From positions 2,232,001-2,296,000 of the forward strand of contig CATNEN010000032.1 of the NCBI GenBank assembly GCA_950097015.1: DNA of 64,000 bases, given 5' to 3'. Below the pieces are notes generated by a model. It saw only the letters and a list, made by a program, of their open reading frames with translations, made no database searches and was not told the DNA's origin. The translations under genes and the position numbers were made by a program. Shown here one piece after another: positions 59,527 through 64,000 of the stretch. Positions within the stretch are counted from its first letter, which is position 1. Each line of letters opens with the position of its first letter. The stretch is from Macrostomum hystrix. Taxonomy: Eukaryota; Animalia; Platyhelminthes.

Positions 59527-60590
59527 GAAGAAGACAAGGGAGGGATGGAGACAGTGAGACATGATAGAGGGAGACAGTGAGACATGATAGAGGGAGACAG
59601 TGAGACATGAGATAGGGAGACAGTGAGACATGAGAGAGGGAGACAGTGAGACATGAGAGAGGGAGACAGTGAGACATGAGAGAGGGAGACAGTGAGACAT
59701 GATAGAGGGAGACAGTGAGACATGAGAGAGGGAGACAGTGAGACATGAGATAGGGAGACAGTGAGACATGATAGAGGGAGACAGTGAGACATGATAGAGG
59801 GAGACAGTGAGACATGAGAGAGGGAGACAGTGAGACATGAGAGAGGGAGACAGTGAGACATGAGAGAGGGAGACAGTGAGACATGATAGAGGGAGACAGT
59901 GAGACATGAGAGAGGGAGACAGTGAGACATGAGAGAGGGAGACAGTGAGACACGATAGAGGGAGACAGTGAGACATGATAGAGGGAGACAGTGAGACATG
60001 AGAGAGGGAGACAGTGAGACATGATAGAGGGAGACAGTGAGACATGAGATAGGGAGACAGTGAGACATGAGAGAGGGAGACAGTGAGACATGATAGAGGG
60101 AGACAGTGAGACATGAGAGAGGGAGACAGTGAGACATGAGAGAGGGAGACAGTGAGACATGAGAGAGGGAGACAGTGAGACATGAGAGAGGGAGACAGTG
60201 AGACATGAGAGAGGGAGACAGTGAGACATGAGATAGGGAGACAGTGAGACATGAGAGAGGGAGACAGTGAGACATGATAGAGGGAGACAGTGAGACATGA
60301 GAGAGGGAGACAGTGAGACATGAGAGAGGGAGACAGTGAGACATGAGAGAGGGAGACAGTGAGACATGAGAGAGGGAGACAGTGAGACATGAGAGAGGGA
60401 GACAGTGAGACATGAGAGAGGGAGACAGTGAGACATGAGAGAGGGAGACAGTGAGACATGAGAGAGGGAGACAGTGAGACATGAGATAGGGAGACAGTGA
60501 GACATGAGAGAGGGAGACAGTGAGACATGATAGAGGGAGACAGTGAGACATGAGAGAGGGAGACAGTGAGACATGAGAGAGGGAGACAGG
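59527..60590. repeat. 23-bp minisatellite (gagacatgagagagggagacagt), ~46 copies
   Basis: Tandem units. The 23-aa periodicity of the ORFs equals 3 units. Confidence 0.97.
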
Positions 60591-61064
60591 TTTAAGATAC
60601 GGGCAGAGGGAGATAAGAAACTGTCTATTATGTTTCTAATCTCTAAAACTGTGCTCATAGTGAGCATCGTATGCTTGAGTCCTGTGCCAATTATTGGCAG
60701 CTGATAAAATCAACAGATTTGCTGATTCTACTCAGTGCTCGAATAACGCGCGGTGGGAGATCAAGTGAGGGGCAGGAAATTTGAGCAGCCATAAAAACGC
60801 CCAGATTTTTTGGGATTCAGAAATCAGAAATCTGACGAGGAAAACTGAGAGGATGAGTTTAAAACGAATGGGAAATCAATTCTTAGCTGATCTATATTGC
60901 AGCAGTTTCAATAGGGGAACCCTAGCTCGGACCGAGCATTCTTAGAACATTAGAGCATTAGAGTTGAATCGGGGCATTGTGAATTCTTAGATCAAGGCGA
61001 CTGTGATTTCCTGCTGGGCTAAGCCGCATTTAGTTGCGACGAAGCTATAGCTCTGGATTAGTCA

Positions 61065-62205
61065 TGAGAGAGGGAGAGGGCAGGGGTAGAGGAAGGATAG
61101 GGGATAAGGAGATCGGAGGAGTGGGAGACAGGAGAAAAGGAGGGAGACAGGGAGAGTGGGAGTCAGGAGGAGAGGGGAGATGTAGACAGGAGGAGAGGAG
61201 GAGAGGGGGAGAGGGAGACAGGGTGAAGGGAGACTGGAGGAGAGGGGGAGAGTGAGACAGTGTGAAGGGAGACTGGAGGAGAGGGGGAGAGTGAGACAGT
61301 GTGAAGGGAGACTGGAGGAGAGGGGGAGAGTGAGACAGGTTGAAGGGAGACTGGAGGAGAGGGGGAGAGGGAGACAGGAGAGGGAGACAGGGTGAAGGAA
61401 GACTGGAGGAGAGGGGGGAGAGGGAGACAGGAGAGGGAGACAGGGTGAAGGAAGACTGGAGGAGAGGGGGGGAGAGGGAGACAGGAGAGGGAGACAGGGT
61501 GAAGGAAGACTGGAGGAGAGGGGGAGAGGGAGACAGGAGAGGGAGACAGGGTGAGGGAAGACTGGAGGAGAGGGGGGAGAGGGAGACAGGAGAGGGAGAC
61601 AGGGTGAAGGAAGACTGGAGGAGAGGGGGGAGAGGGAGACAGGAGAGGGAGACAGGGTGAAGGAAGACTGGAGGAGAGGGGGAGAGGGAGACAGGAGAGG
61701 GAGACAGGGTGAGGGAAGACTGGAGGAGAGGGGGGAGAGGGAGACAGGAGAGGGAGACAGGGTGAAGGAAGACTGGAGGAGAGGGGGGAGAGGGAGACAG
61801 GAGAGGGAGACAGGGTGAAGGAAGACTGGAGGAGAGGGGGAGAGGGAGACAGGAGAGGGAGACAGGGTGAAGGAAGACTGGAGGAGAGGGGGGAGAGGGA
61901 GACAGGAGAGGGAGACAGGGTGAAGGAAGACTGGAGGAGAGGGGGAGAGGGAGACAGGAGAGGGAGACAGGGTGAAGGAAGACTGGAGGAGAGGGGGAGA
62001 GGGAGACAGGAGAGGGAGACAGGGTGAAGGAAGACTGGAGGAGAGGGGGAGAGGGAGACAGGAGAGGGAGTCAGGGTGAAGGAAGACTGGAGGAGAGGGG
62101 GAGAGGGAGACAGGAGAGGGGGAGAGGGAGACAGGAGAGGGAGACAGGGTGAAGGAAGACTGGAGGAGAGGGGGAGAGGTAGACAGGAGAGGGAGACAGG
62201 AAAAG
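61065..62205. repeat. GA-rich minisatellite, ~50-bp period
   Basis: ggagagggagacagggtgaaggaagactggaggagagggg... units. Confidence 0.93.
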
Positions 62206-64000
62206 AGGAACACGGTGGAGTGACATGTGGAGGGGAGAGCAAGGAAGACAGTGAGGCGTGTTCAGGTTGTAACGAGTGAATAATTGATATTGTGGGCAGC
62301 TGGTGGCTTTAAGTTAAGGTTGTGGTGGATTCGGTCCTAATGATAGAAAGGGCGATAGAGAGAGCAGAGAGCTATAGTGTTCCCTAAGCGGCGGAACAGA
62401 CAGGACAGTAGATGGCCAGGTGAGATTGGGCATGCCGAAGCATAATTTCCAGGAAATCCGAGAGCGCCGAACTCAGCAGGGAGCCGCAGGTTCCAAGTGA
62501 GAAATATTCTTTAATTATTGTTGGCGCGCAGAGCTCGCACGCAAAAGAAAATTTTTGTAGCAAAATTCCTGGCGTGTTTTAAAATAATCCAACTTTTTTT
62601 AACTCCCTGCTCGACATTCGACTGGTGCCACAGATGCTTATCTGGCATATCGAGGGTTCACTTTGTATAGGCTTCGTTAGAAAATAACGACTTAGAGTTT
62701 GGCCCCACAATTTGTAGGAAGAAGGCTGTTAAGCCTGAGGTCCCTATGTTTAGCAACAATATCATTGTACGAGTAACACTTCAGACTATCGCATCAGGGT
62801 GACTGAGCTCGAATACATTCATCTGGGACGCAGCCGCGGACAGAGGATTGTCGTACCCTGTGCCACGCCTCCACCCCAAGGGCACAGTTAGAGCGTTCAC
62901 TTGCCGACGATGAGAAAATCAAGGGCAGATGTACGGAATCCTCCTTGCTGGCTATGGGTGACTGTCGTGCTCAAAACTAAGGAAATATTGACAAAGGAAA
63001 GAACTAGAAGAGTCACTCTATTTTCTGAGAACTGGTCTTGTATTTGGTCAAACCGGACGAATGAGTTTGCGGCATCTGCTTTGAAGCGAATCGGTTGGTC
63101 ACGCAAATTAACAAAAGAATTGAATGAAGGCCATCTTCTTCTCAAGCTAGGAAAGGGTATAAAATTTCCCGATGAAAAGTTTTATAAAACCGCTTTTTCT
63201 GCGTTTGGCTTACTCTCGAGTGGCAGAGGTTTTTTAATTTCTAGGTTTATTAATCACAGCGGTGAAAGTTGAGATGGTGGACTCAAACGGAGAGACGGAC
63301 ACTTTCTCTTCGAGGAGCGGCAAAGGGCGCCGGGTCCCATCGATTTTTGTTTGTGGCTGCAGGCGAGAACAAAGACTAAGGCTATGGAACGGCTGTCTAA
63401 AAACCACTTCTATTTCTTTAGCCTAACTGAAATCCCTGAATGCGACGAGAGCTTGGCCCATCAAATGTCGGCATCGTCAACCAGTCCGTTCAGACGGTCA
63501 AACTCCCACGAGGCTTGTTTGGGGGGAATGGCTTGATTGCGGGGATGCAAGTGGATGAAGGCCAGGCTGCTGGGATTACGAAATCACATGCCAAACCGTT
63601 CAAGTTTCTTGGAAACGAAAAGAGCTGGGAGAGAGACTTAGGGGCGAATGACCGATGACCAACTTGGGGGAATAGGCGGGCATTGGCTGTCTCGGTCACT
63701 GGGGCGTGAATTCTATAGAGCTATATACTCGCCTGCATATACATATGAGTATATATGGGGAACAAAAAAAATGGCGGCAATAGACCTTGAAGATTCTCGG
63801 CGCTTTTAAACCATTGGGCGGGTGACACATGTGCCAGCTGACAGATTCCCAATGGCATCTAGCCATGGCCAGAATCTGGCAGCGGGGGAGGGAGTTTGGT
63901 CTTCAAAAAGTTTCAATCGATTCCCATTGAATGCCGGGGGATCAGGAAGATAATTTTGGGGATCAGCGTGGCTCCAGGGAGGGGATATTTCTAGGTTAAT

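Noticed and set aside
56653-62242. Long low-complexity ORFs (SLLSQ, MSHCLPLS, SPSPP and similar; also 35720-36302, 39542-40481, 44947-45500, 50231-50608)
   Set aside because: They are open in several frames and on both strands only because the tandem units lack stops. One lies inside a demonstrable intron.
62901-63272. 123-aa ORF near the window end
   Set aside because: No recognisable motif, promoter or splice support.

Overview
Repeat-rich invertebrate (eukaryotic) genomic DNA. The spliced genes, minisatellite load and gene content are reminiscent of a free-living flatworm such as Macrostomum, but that is inference only. Host genes: two near-identical, intronless, divergent alpha-tubulins; a cluster of secreted C-type lectins (two intact, one pseudogene, one 19-bp remnant); cathepsin F exons; two RING-finger genes; a probable neuropeptide precursor; and a small orphan ORF. 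Between the two tubulins lies a decayed Polinton/Maverick-type endogenous virus (pPolB, packaging ATPase, adenain-like protease, major capsid protein, DnaQ-like ORF and an unexpected TBP-fold ORF). It is interrupted by an intact young Ty3/Gypsy element, a piggyBac relic and palindromic cassettes. Also present: a young but defective BEL/Pao element, RTE and RNase H-type LINE fragments, a solo LTR, a mariner relic, tRNA-derived SINEs and many tandem arrays. All calls are by-eye motif and sequence comparison; no database searches were run. The best leads are the TBP-like cargo in the Polinton and the lectin family whose variation is confined to the ligand-binding C-terminus.
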